From Octopus vulgaris (taxonomy: Eukaryota), in NCBI GenBank assembly GCA_951406725.2, contig OX597822.1:47740001-47804000 (forward strand): a stretch of 64,000 nucleotides of DNA. The letters are read 5' to 3'. A program made the translations under genes and the position numbers. The notes under the pieces are model-generated. The model had not been told where the DNA came from. It searched no databases and was given only the letters and a program-made list of their open reading frames with translations. Shown here one piece after another: positions 1 through 12,512 of the stretch (within the stretch, counting starts at the first letter, position 1; every line of letters starts with the position of its first letter).

Positions 1-13
1 GCGGTTGATAATA

Positions 14-167
14 ATCCTTTTGTAGGCACAAGGCCTGAAATTTTGGGGGTGGCAGCAGTTAATTACATTGACCCCGAAAGGATGAAAGGCAAAGTCGACC
101 TCGGCGGAATTTAGAGTAAGAACGTAAAGACAGACGAAATACCTCTAAGCATTTTGTCCTGCGTGCT
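14..167 (-). mobile_element. tRNA-derived SINE with Meta/MESC-type central domain (family B), partial copy
   Basis: Reverse complement carries the B-box-like region and GCCTTTCATCCTTTCGGGGTC shared with more than 12 other copies in the window (best copy 31259-31490). Confidence 0.8.
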
Positions 168-189
168 ATTAATTATAATGACTATTATT

Positions 190-743
190 GAGTGTGAGAG
201 CAGTGCATACCATCAAAGTGACAATAGGGTAAAATATACGAAGTCCAGTATACCCATCATGACTACCCATCTGATAAGGGTACACTAGGCACATGCATCA
301 CACCATATGTGCGCGACATGGTGATCTCATATCAAGATAAACAGCACATGACCTTGCAGGTGGGGCCCAGTTAGAATTTTCTTCTGGTCGAGTAGCCCAT
401 CCCGTTCAAAAGGTCCCTGAACAAGGGTTGTTTAAGGATGTTGAATGAAACACATGTTTTTAGAAGTGAATTATTCAAACCCCAAAGAATCCCTCTCAAC
501 ACATGGCTATGATGCTCCCCCACTACTTTTGCTCGTGATCAGAGATGCACATATCGTCAGCCACTAAAGGACATGCTCAACTGGTTACAATCAAAACAAC
601 TGACAAGCAAATCTGCGTTATTGAGCAGAATATTTGCTATAACCCATCTTTTATACCAAGACAAAACAATGTACATAATAACACTTCCTATCAGTTAAGA
701 TCAGAAGCCACGAGAGGCACTGCCTGGTACTCCATCAGGGCAC
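190..743. mobile_element. ~550-bp interspersed repeat of unassigned class inserted in a (TTA)n tract
   Basis: Complex, non-coding block of balanced GC, bounded by (TTA)n-like sequence on both sides. Recalled as a common octopus repeat but single-copy in this window, so unverified. Confidence 0.45.
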
Positions 744-763
744 TTATTATTATTATTATTATT

Positions 764-1715
764 CAGAATCGCACCTCTCCTTCAAAAATGCATTAAAAAA
801 AAAGTTCCGAGTCCTACGTTTTAGATGTCAGAGATTACGAATATGCTTAAAATTTTTTTTAAATTTCACCCCCTCACCCCCAATTTGAAATTTTGATTTT
901 GTTTAAAGAGATTGTTGCAAATTTTCGAACACATGCAAATCCAGACAAAAACATTAAAGTGAAAAGAATTTGCGTTTTACTTGTGTTTACCTTAAATAAT
1001 CGTAAATAATAATTTAATGTAAATTAAATATACACCTCATGGCTAACCACATTGGGGAGGGGGTGTTACTGTAGTTTTATAGCCCCAACACCCCCTCCCC
1101 AATGTGGTTAGCCATGATAAGATGGCTTCTATACTTTACATTATCGAGCGATTACTGTTTCAATCTCATTCTGAGATTTAATTATGCCTAAAATATACAC
1201 CATTTTATGAGAAACAAGCATTAATGTTATAAAGTTTAATAAGGGGCTCAAATTTCATCCTTTCCCCAATTTTGAATTTTGAGCTTTTTCATCCATTTAT
1301 TTCTTTGTCTATTTATCCCTATCTGTTTATTCATATCTATTTGAATTTAAAATTTTGAAAAACGTGGTTACTTGCATATTCGTAATCTCCGTCATCGAAA
1401 ACATCGAAAAAAAAAAAAAAACAAAATCGGAAATGTTTGTTTTTTTTGAGGGAAGGGTGTCTGTGTGTCCGCTGAAGAGGCGGGGTAAAATTTGGGGGAA
1501 GGGGAAGTTAAGGTGGGCATTTTAAATTTGGAAAAGGTGGTTTGAAAAAAATTTCGAAAAAAGTTCAAAATTTTAAATTTTGGGGGATGAAAGGGGAGTG
1601 AAATAAATTTTATTTTTTTAATTTTTGCTTATTCATAATCTCCGACATCTAAAACATAGAAATCCGAAAAAAAAATTTTTTTTAAATACATTTTTCAAGG
1701 AGAGCTGCGATTCTG
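764..1715. mobile_element. Non-autonomous foldback/MITE DNA transposon with ~100-bp imperfect TIRs
   Basis: Left end CAGAATCGCACCTCTCCTTCAAAAATGCATT...TTTTAGATGTCAGAGATTACGAATA matches the reverse complement of the right end TATTCATAATCTCCGACATCTAAAA...AATACATTTTTCAAGGAGAGCTGCGATTCTG. No clean TSD. Confidence 0.8.
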
Positions 1716-1734
1716 CATTTAAACCTCCCCCCCC

Positions 1735-1801
<67 letters not shown>

Positions 1802-2091
1802 TATACTTACATACATACATACATACACAGTGAATGGCTAATGGCTGTCCTGTAGCGTAAAATAGAAATGAAAGGAGTTCAAAGCCAAAATGTGTTTGAC
1901 AAACTCTGCTCTAAAGTGTTACGAGTTGTAACAATTGGTTATTGCTATCACTATGTCTAGGCGCAATCAATACTCCCGCGCGCGCACGCACACATTCCCT
2001 CGTTGTATTAATCCTGAGGGAAGGTAGTTTTCGTATCTTTCGTGGCCCACCAACATTTTTATTGTTCGGTGGGTTGAGAGGAGGGCATGGC

Positions 2092-2131
<40 letters not shown>

Positions 2132-3614
2132 CACTTCTTTCATCCAAACCATCACCAACCACTTTTCGCCGACAAATCCATTCACCTCTATTCCTTCAGA
2201 CAGATATACACATCTATTGTCAGCGGGTGATTCAAAGAAAGAAAACTTAACAAACCGAATATCAGAAGTGGGAGAAAAATAAGAAACAATAAAGCTACAA
2301 TGAAAAGAGTAATATGAATAGACGCCTGGGAGAGTTTTTCTCTTTTTCCCTCACACCTCCCCTTTTATGTTGTTCACTCTCCTCCTCCTCCTCCCTGCTC
2401 TCTTTTTGAACATTTTGTACTTCTCTTTCTTCTCCCTTTTCTGTATTTGCGTGTATGTATGTATGTATATGTGTGTGTGTGTGTATGTAGTCGAGTGTGT
2501 AATTTTCTGCTACTCTATTTTCATGTAGTTTACACTCTCCTCTTCCCACTACTCTTTCTGTCGCTGTATCGTCCACACACAAACACACACCTATATATGT
2601 ATAAGATACGTGTGCCTGAATATTTAATGTTCGTATTGTGTAAGATTTTAGGGGGGAAAACTCTCCTAATTCTACAAGTCTCTTGTGTTTTAAATGTCTG
2701 ACTCTTCTTCTTACACCCTCTAAATATTTTATCTTATCATCTCACGTCTAGATATTCGCTTCTATCCCACTTTTTAAATGTTTTTTTCCTGTAAATTTAC
2801 CCTCCATTTTATTTTTTTTAATTTCCTTTTTTTTTTTTTAATAATGTTATTTCCACATTTAGCTTTTTATAATGTCTATCCTCTGACAAGACAGTAACAA
2901 CCTCCACGTTAGGCTTGGGCAACCTTTTCGAAAAGCGGGCTGCATGACTAAAAAAAAAGTTCAAGGTAACTTTTCGTTATGGAGTGCCACTCGGAAAGTC
3001 CCGCGGGTTACCCGTAATTACTCTACGTTGACGTGCTCGTCCTATAAGAAACAGCAATTAATTCTCTCTCTGAAATTATATATTAGATGATATGATAAAT
3101 TTGAAAGACATTGTCTGAATATGGAAACACTTTTGATCATAGGTCTGTTTGATATGGATTGAGCTGAAGATAAAAACCCTGCAACAGAGAAGTTCTGGGA
3201 GAGATCAGCCATGCCGATCACCACTTGCCATTTCAAATGCTTGTCAGCTCCAATCAAGGAAACCTATAATTGAAAGGGGTTCCTACTCTGATATTACCAA
3301 CCTGTTCCAGATATAGTGTCGAATGTGTCCTGTTTGACTGCTATTTCTAGGCGTCTGAGTAACCACATTGAAGTTTCCTTCGTTGGCTCATCCGTTTTTT
3401 TTTTTTTATCGTTGTTTCCAACGTATTCAGTTTTTAAGGTGAGATATCAAGATTTGACTGCTATGTCGGGAAGGACGATTGAACATGGGAATGTATGAGA
3501 TCATAGGTCTTTTGGATCAATTCTAACCTAGAATTAATAAAAAGAAAGAACAATGATGTAGACGCTGTCCTTTCTTTTTATCAGTTCTAACCTAGAGTTA
3601 ATAATTTCGGGAAT

Positions 3615-3867
3615 TCGTTAACGATGTGCCATACCGTTTCACTCCCCTCACCACACAATTTCAATTTGCTGCTGTCAGTAGTGTTGTCGATTCTGCACTT
3701 CACATAGTTAGTCCTTAACGCTTGTTCTTAAGCTGCGCATGTAAGTACTTCTGTCTCTGTCTTCAGGTCAATCCTCCTCATCCATAGCCACCAGTCTTCT
3801 GTATCTGTATTGGCGTTCATATCCTTTGCAAACTGACCGTGCATTTTCTCTCCTTCCATGCTGTTCC

Positions 3868-3870
<3 letters not shown>
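3615..3870 (-). mobile_element. R4/Dong-clade (RLE) non-LTR retrotransposon fragment abutting a (TAA)n tract
   Basis: Minus-strand translation EKMHGQFAKDM...DWWLWMRRIDLKTETEVLTCAA*EQALRTNYVKCRIDNTTDSSK..LCGEG.ETVWHIV matches the post-RT 'HGQF...LK.ETE...AAQEQAL.T' region and decayed CCHC finger of R4/Dong. Flanked by (AAT)n at 3871-3941, the known Dong target repeat. Confidence 0.8.
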
Positions 3871-3934
<64 letters not shown>

Positions 3935-4120
3935 TATTATTATTTTTTTCAAAAGTTACGGATGTATGTATGTATCTATATTTATAAATCTTTTCCATAC
4001 TCTTTCGATTTTCCTCATCACCAATCCCTTTTTGAATAAGCACCTGGACTTAACATTATAATTTCTCTCTCTCTCTCTTTCTCTCCCCTCCATCTCCGTT
4101 TTTTTTATTTTTACCTCAGC

Positions 4121-4156
4121 CTTTCCTGACAAAGAGCGTAGGCTCGAAACGTCAAG
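4121..4156 (+). ncRNA. Minimal hammerhead ribozyme-like motif (Penelope type), core mutated
   Basis: CTGACAA(A)-GAGC-gtag-GCTC-GAAA-CG-TC: stem II hairpin identical to the copy at 29513 and one base different from 43119. G8 is replaced by A. Confidence 0.6.
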
Positions 4157-4204
4157 TGTTAAACTAATACACTTTGTTGTTCCCTCATCTGTCGCGCGTG
4201 TATG

Positions 4205-4345
4205 GAATGGACGTGTGGCTTAGTGGTTAGGGTGTTGCACTCATGATGTAACATTGTGGTTTCGGATGATACGTTGTGTTCTGGAGCAAAACACCTCATT
4301 TCATGCTGTTCTCGTCCACTCAGCTGGCAAAAATAAGTAATTCCT
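4205..4345 (+). mobile_element. tRNA-derived CORE-type SINE (family C), degenerate
   Basis: A-box TGGCTTAGTGG, then TTGTGTTCTGGAGCAAAACAC...GTCCACTCAGCTGGCAAAAA. Related copies at about 15960-16140, 16215-16410, 48730-48850(-) and 52325-52640. Confidence 0.65.
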
Positions 4346-4430
4346 GTGTCAGTTCTATAGAATAGATCTGGGTCTCACCATGTGCATCGAAAGCAGCAAT
4401 CTGTAATTTCTTCGGTCTGTGGTGGGGTGG

Positions 4431-4484
<54 letters not shown>

Positions 4485-4630
4485 CTGCTCCTTAACTTTT
4501 CAGCTTTCACCTTTTCTTCGAAAAATTTTTTTCAGATTTGTTTTTAAAAAGTTACCATATTTTTTTTAAAATCACAATTTTAGATTTTTAAAATATGAGT
4601 TTAAAAAAGAATTCGTTTATTCTTCTTTTA

Positions 4631-5278
4631 TTCTTTTACTTGTTTCAGTCATTTTAACTGCGGCTATGCTGCAGCACCGCCTTTAGTCGAGCAAATCAAC
4701 CCCAGGACTTATTTTTTGTAAGCCTAGTACTTATTCCATTGGCCTTTTTCGCCGATCCGCTAAGTTACGGGGACGTAAACACACTAGCATCGATTGTCAA
4801 GCGATGCTGGAACACACACACAAGATCTTTACCTTTTTCTTTTGACACCACTAGAAAAAAATCCCATTTTCTGTAGCGGTGTCGTATGAAATTGTCACCC
4901 ATAATTATAACCCTAGTATCGATCTTTGCATTTCAATGTATTTTAGGGTTAGGTTTAGTTGGGGGAAGGGTATCTTTTTTTCTTCGCAAATGTAAATAAA
5001 CTCTATCTGTTTCTTAAACGAGGACATATTCATACAGCACGGTATGTTTTGACTCTAAATGGACGTATTTGATTGGTTAAAATTGCCGAAATGCTCGATT
5101 TTAAAGTGGAAATATGTTACAAACTATAGAATTTTCTCAATAAAGCCAAGAAAAAATGATGTTTTATAAACACATTCTACCAATATACGAAGTTTAAAAG
5201 TGTTTAGTTAACTAGAAATTGTGTTAAAAACTGCCGTTCAAAAGGAAAAGATCCCACACATACATACATACATATGTA

Positions 5279-5315
<37 letters not shown>

Positions 5316-5509
5316 GACGGGCACTTTATTTCACGTTGCCCCAGTTCACTCAGCTGTGAAATGAGTTCACGTTTCCGTCTAACACCAAATCCACTCACAA
5401 GGCTTTGGTCGGCCAGGCATCACAAGGCCAAGGTACCCCGCAGTAGGACTGAACCCGGAACCATGTGGCTGGTAAGCAAGCTACTTACCACACAGCCATT
5501 CTTGCACCT
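4631..5509 (-). mobile_element. tRNA-derived SINE family A, split by a DNA element inserted in its internal (CA)n tract
   Basis: 3' half at 4631-4822 and 5' half at about 5255-5509 match the full-length copy at 43504-43915. Confidence 0.8.
4823..5254. mobile_element. Non-autonomous DNA transposon with short TIRs, nested in a SINE microsatellite
   Basis: Ends GATCTTTACCTTTT ... AAAAGGAAAAGATC, flanked by CACACA on both sides. Internal TTAGGGTTAGGTTTAG telomere-like motif. Confidence 0.65.
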
Positions 5510-6114
5510 AAAATTCCAGAACAAAATCATAACTGAACAATTACAGTGGATGTGGTGGAGTTTAAGCATACACATGCAAATTACGTGTCCCGGCGCACTA
5601 ATTTCCGACTCTATTCTACAGGAATTCATATCTATCTGCCTGTCTGTCCGACCGTCTGTATTTTGAATATACGACTGGATGTCGCTAGTATATTATTTCA
5701 TATTGATTTTTTTTCTTCATGCACATCCTAAGATGTTATTTTTAATGAATTTGTAAACCTGAAGCAATAAATATATACTTAGTATATTACTGATACTTAA
5801 TGTAATCGATGTCTTCGTATCACTTTCACAGTTCGGTTTCCTCTCTGTCCCCCTCCTCCTCTCTCTGTCTCACCCTCTCTCACCTCTCTTTCTGTAGCCC
5901 TCGTCCTCTTGTTTCTAGATAGACACATGGGTGTTTGCTTTCCTCTCCCAACAGATCTTTTTAAAACATATTTGTATGAAAGATGTCTCTTGCCCTTATC
6001 GTGTTAGGTAATTTCGTTTAATCACCCCCTTCTCTATCGCTACCATTTCCCATCATTTTATCTTCTTAAACCTCAATTTTGACTGATCGTTTTTTACTCC
6101 AGCTGTGTCTTTCT

Positions 6115-6273
6115 CTATCTATCTATCTATCTATCTATCTGTCTATCTATCTTATCTATCTATCTATCTGTCTGTCTGTCTGTCTATGTCTGCTGACTGC
6201 CTGTCTGTCTATCTATCTAACTGACTGTCTGTCTGTCTATGTCTGACTGCCTGTCTGTCTATCTATCTATCTG

Positions 6274-6330
<57 letters not shown>

Positions 6331-6331
6331 G

Positions 6332-6362
<31 letters not shown>
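6115..6362. repeat. Compound (CTAT)n/(CTGT)n tetranucleotide microsatellite
   Basis: Direct reading. Confidence 0.95.
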
Positions 6363-6363
<1 letters not shown>

Positions 6364-7175
6364 AAATAAATAAATAAATATCTGTTGTGTATATGTAACG
6401 TATATGTATTTTGTGGTGGCCAGTCAACAGCTGATGAAAGGGAATGCCTCGCTATGCAAATTGTACCCTCCATTGTTGCTAGTATCTCCGCCTCTCATCC
6501 CCCTCCTCCTCTCTCACTTTCTGCTTCTACTTCTCTCTTCCCACTCCCTGCATGTTCCTCCCCCTCTTCTCTCTCTCTTTCATTTTACCACTCCTCTTTC
6601 TCCTCTGATTTCCTTTACGTTCACTTTCTCCAGTTTATACTCCATTTTAACTATTAACCCTTCTATTAACACTTCTTTCTCTCTTGTTTCTTTTTGCGAC
6701 TTTCCCTTCTGATTTTATAAATTACTCCTTTTATCTTTACTTTCTACCGTATGTTAGCTATCTTTTCGGTTAATCCCACTTCGCTCCTTGTCTGTCCACC
6801 TCTCTCTCCTTCCCTCCCTTCCTCGTTCTGTTTCTCGCCCCCGCCCCTATCCCACCTCTCTCACGTACGCTATTAAAAATACTAAGAGTTAATATGAACA
6901 CATTTGTTTCTTGGCGATGGCTGACACCTGCCACTCGCAAAACACATCACCATCATCATATATATGTTGAGCCAAAGGAGCCTTTACGATTTCGCTCCAT
7001 TTGCAAAAAGTAACAGCCAAATCTCCTTCAAATCTTATTCCATCGTCTTTAATAAGGACAGATTGGTTGCGAAACTGGATTGCCTGCGCAGTGGAAAGAT
7101 TGTTGGATGGTCATGGTTAGAAAGCTTTTGATTACAACTCTCTCATCGGGGAGGTTTCGCCTGGGACTAAGCAAC

Positions 7176-7189
7176 AGCTGCTGCTGCTG

Positions 7190-7238
<49 letters not shown>
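7176..7238. repeat. (CTG)n-(CTA)n trinucleotide microsatellite
   Basis: Direct reading. Confidence 0.95.
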
Positions 7239-7642
7239 ACAAAAAGAAGTCACATTTAGAACTTGAGAAAAGTCTTACAGATTTTTACTGTCCCGCTTAC
7301 AGGTTGCGTTTGTAATATGCGAATTGGCTAGTTGATATGTTTTTTCTGAAAATCCTTGCCTTTCCAAATTGTCACTCCAGTATTTACCAACGAAACCAAA
7401 TGCACCAGTTATTGTTGGTATAAATGTGTAATTATAACCTGGGTATAGGAGCTGGAAGCTTCGAAGCAGTTGTCTCTAGTCATCCTCATGTATGTGTGTG
7501 TGTGTTGTGTAAATAATGTATGTGTGTTTATATTTGTACGTACACACATAGAAATTAATACACGATAAACAATACATGAATGCGTGTGTATAGCTTTCTA
7601 TGCATGTATGTATGTATGTATGAACACACACACACACCACAT

Positions 7643-7717
<75 letters not shown>

Positions 7718-7814
7718 CACGGCAAGAAACAAAGGACTAGAATTTAAACGTGAAAACACTTAATCTGGATTTGTCGAATATGAGACAAATAAAATGAAAA
7801 AAAAAACTACCTAC

Positions 7815-7857
<43 letters not shown>

Positions 7858-8068
7858 GTGTGTATGTATATATATATGTGTGTGTGTATGTATATATATG
7901 TGTGTGTGTGTGTGTATGTATATATATATGTGTGTGTGTGTGTATGTATATATATATATGTGTGTGTGTATATATATGTGTGTGTGTGTATATATATATG
8001 TGTGTGTGTGTGTATATATATATATGTGTGTGTGTGTGTGTATGTATATATATATGTGTGTGTGTGTG

Positions 8069-8099
<31 letters not shown>

Positions 8100-8144
8100 A
8101 TGTATATATATGTGTGTGTGTGTGTGTGTATGTATATATATATA

Positions 8145-8175
<31 letters not shown>

Positions 8176-8317
8176 GTGTGTGTATGTATATATATATATA
8201 TGTGTGTGTGTATGTATATATATATGTGTGTGTGTGTGTGTGTATATATATGTGTGTGTGTGTGTGTATATATATATATGTGTGTATGTATATATATATA
8301 TATGTGTGTGTGTGTGT
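7815..8317. repeat. ~500-bp compound (TA)n/(TG)n microsatellite
   Basis: Alternating purine-pyrimidine tract; source of the spurious YI/VC ORFs. Confidence 0.97.
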
Positions 8318-9490
8318 ATTGGTATATTGTATATTATTCTCTGAAAATCACGACTAAATGTTGTGTCTATCTGGTCGTGACTACTGCCACACAATGCATT
8401 GCGACAAAACACTCTGCATTATATGTGAACATTTATTTTTTTTTAGTTTTTAGCATGTTAAGCAACCACGTTGCACACTCGCGAGTGTTTAATTGGGTCG
8501 CATGTATTTCAGTAATGCACATTTGGCTAGCGTTCATGACCTTTTTCAAAACCTCTGAGACTGAAGAGTAAAATGGAAGAGGTTATTTTCAAATTAGAGG
8601 CATTACCCGAATGCTTAGAATACTGTAACCTCCGCTAGAGGGACCTAAAGGCTAGATGGTGGTGTTTATCGGGACGATGGATTAACAATAAACGACTGGG
8701 AAGTTCTTTTAGTCAGTTTAGTGTTGGACTTTTTGTTTTAATTGTTTACGTTTGCTTAGGACAGGGGACTAATGTTTTCATTGCCGAAAAAATGAAAACA
8801 AAGAACGGTGGATAAAGAAAAACAGATGAAACCATCGTTTATAACGGTGAAGTTCGAAGTAGATAAGGCTATAGATAATACATATTAGGTAAAAGAAAGA
8901 AAAAAAAAACATTTTGGGAGGAAGACTCGAAAGTTGTATTATAGTATTTAAAGCGTGAGCGATATGAAAGAAAAAGTGGGGTGTTAAGGAAAAAAACTCT
9001 AATATGATCGGTTGATCAAAACTTTGATGTAGATTGAAATAGATATGGTCTTTAGAGCCAACTGGTGAAAGGAAAAGGCGCGTTTCCATCTTATATCTTT
9101 TCAGTGAATCATATTTTACTCAGCTGGCAAGAGTTAGACTCATTTATCTGTCTGTGTGTCCATCCATCCATCGGTCTCTCTTTCTTCCCAACGACATTGT
9201 TCCAGGTTCAGCCCCATTCCATGACACCTTGAACAAGTGTCTTCTACTATAGCCTCGAACCGACCAAACCCTTCTGGGAGGATTTGCCAGTTGGAAACTG
9301 AATGAAACCCGTTGTGTGTGCTTGACAACTGGTGTTAGTGTGTTTATCCACGTAATTTAGAGGTTCGGCAAGAGACTGATACCAGAGCCATGGGAATAAG
9401 TGCTAGGGATCCATTCATTCAACTAAAAGATCTCCAAGCTGGCGCCCCAGCATGGCCGCAGGCTAATGGCTGAAACAAGTAAAAGGTAAA

Positions 9491-9540
<50 letters not shown>

Positions 9541-9890
9541 TCACCGATTCAGTTTTCAAATATGTAGAGCTAACGTAAAATTGAAGAAAAAGCAAAGCAG
9601 AGGGTGCTGCGCGCGCGCACTCCCCCCTCTCTCTCTCTCTCTCTCACTTACTTATATTGTTTATTCGAGTTGCAGAATTTCAAACGGCATCATGTTGTCA
9701 GTTATGCTTGAATTGAAGTTATGTGGGAAGAATTGAACGAAATATTAATTTGATCATATGTGTGTGTACACCTCCCTCTCTCTCTCTTTTTTAATTTTTC
9801 TCACTTGATTTATTTTTATTTTTGTTTTTTTACTTGCGTTTTACTTTTGGATTTTGATTTCGCTATGGTCTTCTTGTGCGTGTGCATGAG

Positions 9891-9943
<53 letters not shown>

Positions 9944-10409
9944 AAGGACATAAGGGTCATATAAAGGCAATACACGATTTGACATGTCTTGGCGAAAGGG
10001 GTGGGCGAGTAACTTCTCGCATACAACCAAGCAGGCACATAAACTCGTGTTTTGTTAGCTAAGTTCGTGTCAATCCTTTTTAATCCTTGGGATATCGTAA
10101 AACTAAAATGTAATAAATCATGGAAGAGGAAAAAATAGTAACATGTCCGATTATTATTATTCTTTATCCTATTTTCTTTTATTTGTCTTCATTTTATCCT
10201 AAGTAGGAAAAGACGTGTTCTGGGATATTTTATTGCCTTATTTTGGCATCATCGGTGAAGTGTAACCTCACTATTGCTTGTTTGGTTAGTTGCTGGCTTA
10301 TTAACTCCAAGTCAGTTCTGATTGAGATGAGTGTTGATCAAAAGCGTTTCAGTCATGACAATTCTGTATTGGTATGGGGAGAGTGAGAGAGAGGAGGAGG
10401 AGGAGGATA

Positions 10410-10542
10410 GGTGCAGGCGTGGTTGTGTGGTGAGAAGTTTGCTTCGCAGCTACATGGTTCCGGGTTCAGTTTTGCTTCGTGGAACCTTGGACGAGTGTCT
10501 TCTGTAACCTCAGGTTAACCAAAGCCTTGTCCTATGTGTGTA

Positions 10543-10600
<58 letters not shown>

Positions 10601-10931
10601 GTTACGTCTCCGTAACTTAGCAGTTCGGCAAAATAGGCCGACAGAATAAGTACCAAGCTTTAAAAAAGGTACTGATGTCGACTCCCTAGAATAAAATTCA
10701 TCGAGGCGGTGCCCCAGCATGGTCACAGTCGAATGGGTGGAACGAGTAAAAGAAGAAAAAAAATGAAAAGGATAGGCGTATGAGTGACTGTGTGGTAAGT
10801 AGCTTGCTTACAAACCACATGGTTCCGGGTTCAGAACTTGAGCAAGTGTTTTCTACTATAGCCTCGGGCCGACCAAAGCCTTGTGAGTGGATTTGGTAGT
10901 CGGAAACTGAAAGAAGCCCGTCGTATATATG

Positions 10932-10964
<33 letters not shown>

Positions 10965-11125
10965 GTATATGTTTGTGTCTGTGTTTGTCCCCCCAACATC
11001 GCTTGACAACCGATGTTGGTATGTTTACGTCTAGGCTTACAAAGAATAAGTCTTGTGGTCGATTTGCTCGACTAAAGGCAGTGCTCCCGCGTGGCCACAG
11101 TCACATGACTGAAACAAGTAAAAGA
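10410..11125 (+). mobile_element. Two head-to-tail family A SINE copies (about 10410-10755 and 10775-11125)
   Basis: Each has a GGCGT..G.GTGTGGT head, GGTTCCGGGTTCAG B box, internal microsatellite and GGCGGTGC..CAGCATGG..ACAGTC-type tail. Confidence 0.85.
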
Positions 11126-11798
11126 GTAGAGAGATAAGGATAAAAGGATGGGATAGATTTAGCAGCCATTTCTAACAGATGAAGTGTCCTCCGAAAAAAC
11201 TCATGCATCACGTAGCCTCGCAGTAACTTACCGAAATAGCACCGAACGAATGAACCGCTTAGTAAAACATACAGATAGAAATGTATATTTGTTGGCGTAG
11301 AAAAGTAGTTGCTAGGGAAGTAAGATCGATGAATGAAGAGTCAATGTGCAAATAAAAATCAAGGGAGATAATTTATTATCTTGGTGGCCAGCTGGCCATA
11401 AATAATTTATCACATGCCGGGAGGATAGGATTGAAATACTATTTATTACTAAGGAACCGGTGTAGTGAGGAAAATCGTTATTATTAAGAAACCGTTGAAT
11501 GTGATGGAAGCACGGACTGGTGGATAGATTTTCTTCTTTATCTCTACCCCTTTCTTTCCTCCCGTTCTTTTTATATTTGAATTTAGTTTTCGTATTTTCC
11601 CTTTTCAACATAGATAACAGGAAAATCTCACTGCTCAATAATCATTTCGCACATCGTTTCCTTTCGGGCGATTCTCAGATTCTGATGTTCATCTTTCTCC
11701 CTCTCTCACTCTTTCCTACATGTGTGTATAAATGTACGTATGTATGTATAGTTTATGTATTCATGTGTGTGCATATATGTATCTACGTATATATGTGC

Positions 11799-11853
<55 letters not shown>

Positions 11854-12106
11854 TTTTCTTCACAAGCAAACGGTTTCAGGTTCAGTCCCACTGCGTGGCA
11901 CATTGGGCAAGTGTCTTCTACAATAGCCTCGATCCTTGTTTGTGGATTCTGGTAGAAAGAAACTCGTCGTGTGTGTGTGTCTGCCTACTGCCACCGCTTG
12001 ACATCTGATATTGATGTGTTTACGTCCCTGCACACTAGCGGTTCGGCAAATGGAACTAATAAAAATAGGTACCAGGTTTCAAATAAACTTCTGCCCGCTG
12101 CCTAAG

Positions 12107-12248
12107 TTTATATATATATATATATATATACATACATACATACATACATATATATATATACACACACATACATACATACATACATACACACATACACACA
12201 TACATACATATATACAAATATATATATATATACATACATATACACACA

Positions 12249-12306
<58 letters not shown>

Positions 12307-12416
12307 CACACATACATATGTGTGTACATATATATGTATATGTATATATATTTGTGTGTGTGTGTGTATATATACATATATGTGTGTATATATATATATA
12401 TGTATACATGTGTATG

Positions 12417-12510
<94 letters not shown>
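12107..12510. repeat. Compound (TA)/(CA)/(TACA) microsatellite
   Basis: Direct reading. Confidence 0.97.

Positions 12511-12512
<2 letters not shown>

Noticed and set aside
1953-2023. ATG...AG|GTAGTT possible first exon in a CpG-retaining island
   Set aside because: Weak donor, and phase 2 is incompatible with the other candidate exons; no supporting similarity.
6425-6475. CTGATGA followed by AGGG...CCCT stem
   Set aside because: No GAAA box, stem III or cleavage triplet follows; not a supportable hammerhead.
7794-8571. Long ORFs (up to 243 aa) of YI/VC/HT repeats, and similar ones at 12011-12558, 23587-24088 and 60811-61644
   Set aside because: Translations of dinucleotide microsatellites that lack stop codons by composition; not genes.
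8555-8620. CTGAAGA-GTAA...TTAC-CC-GAAT hammerhead-like pattern
   Set aside because: GAAA box is broken and no stem I or III pairing was found; at best a very decayed relic.
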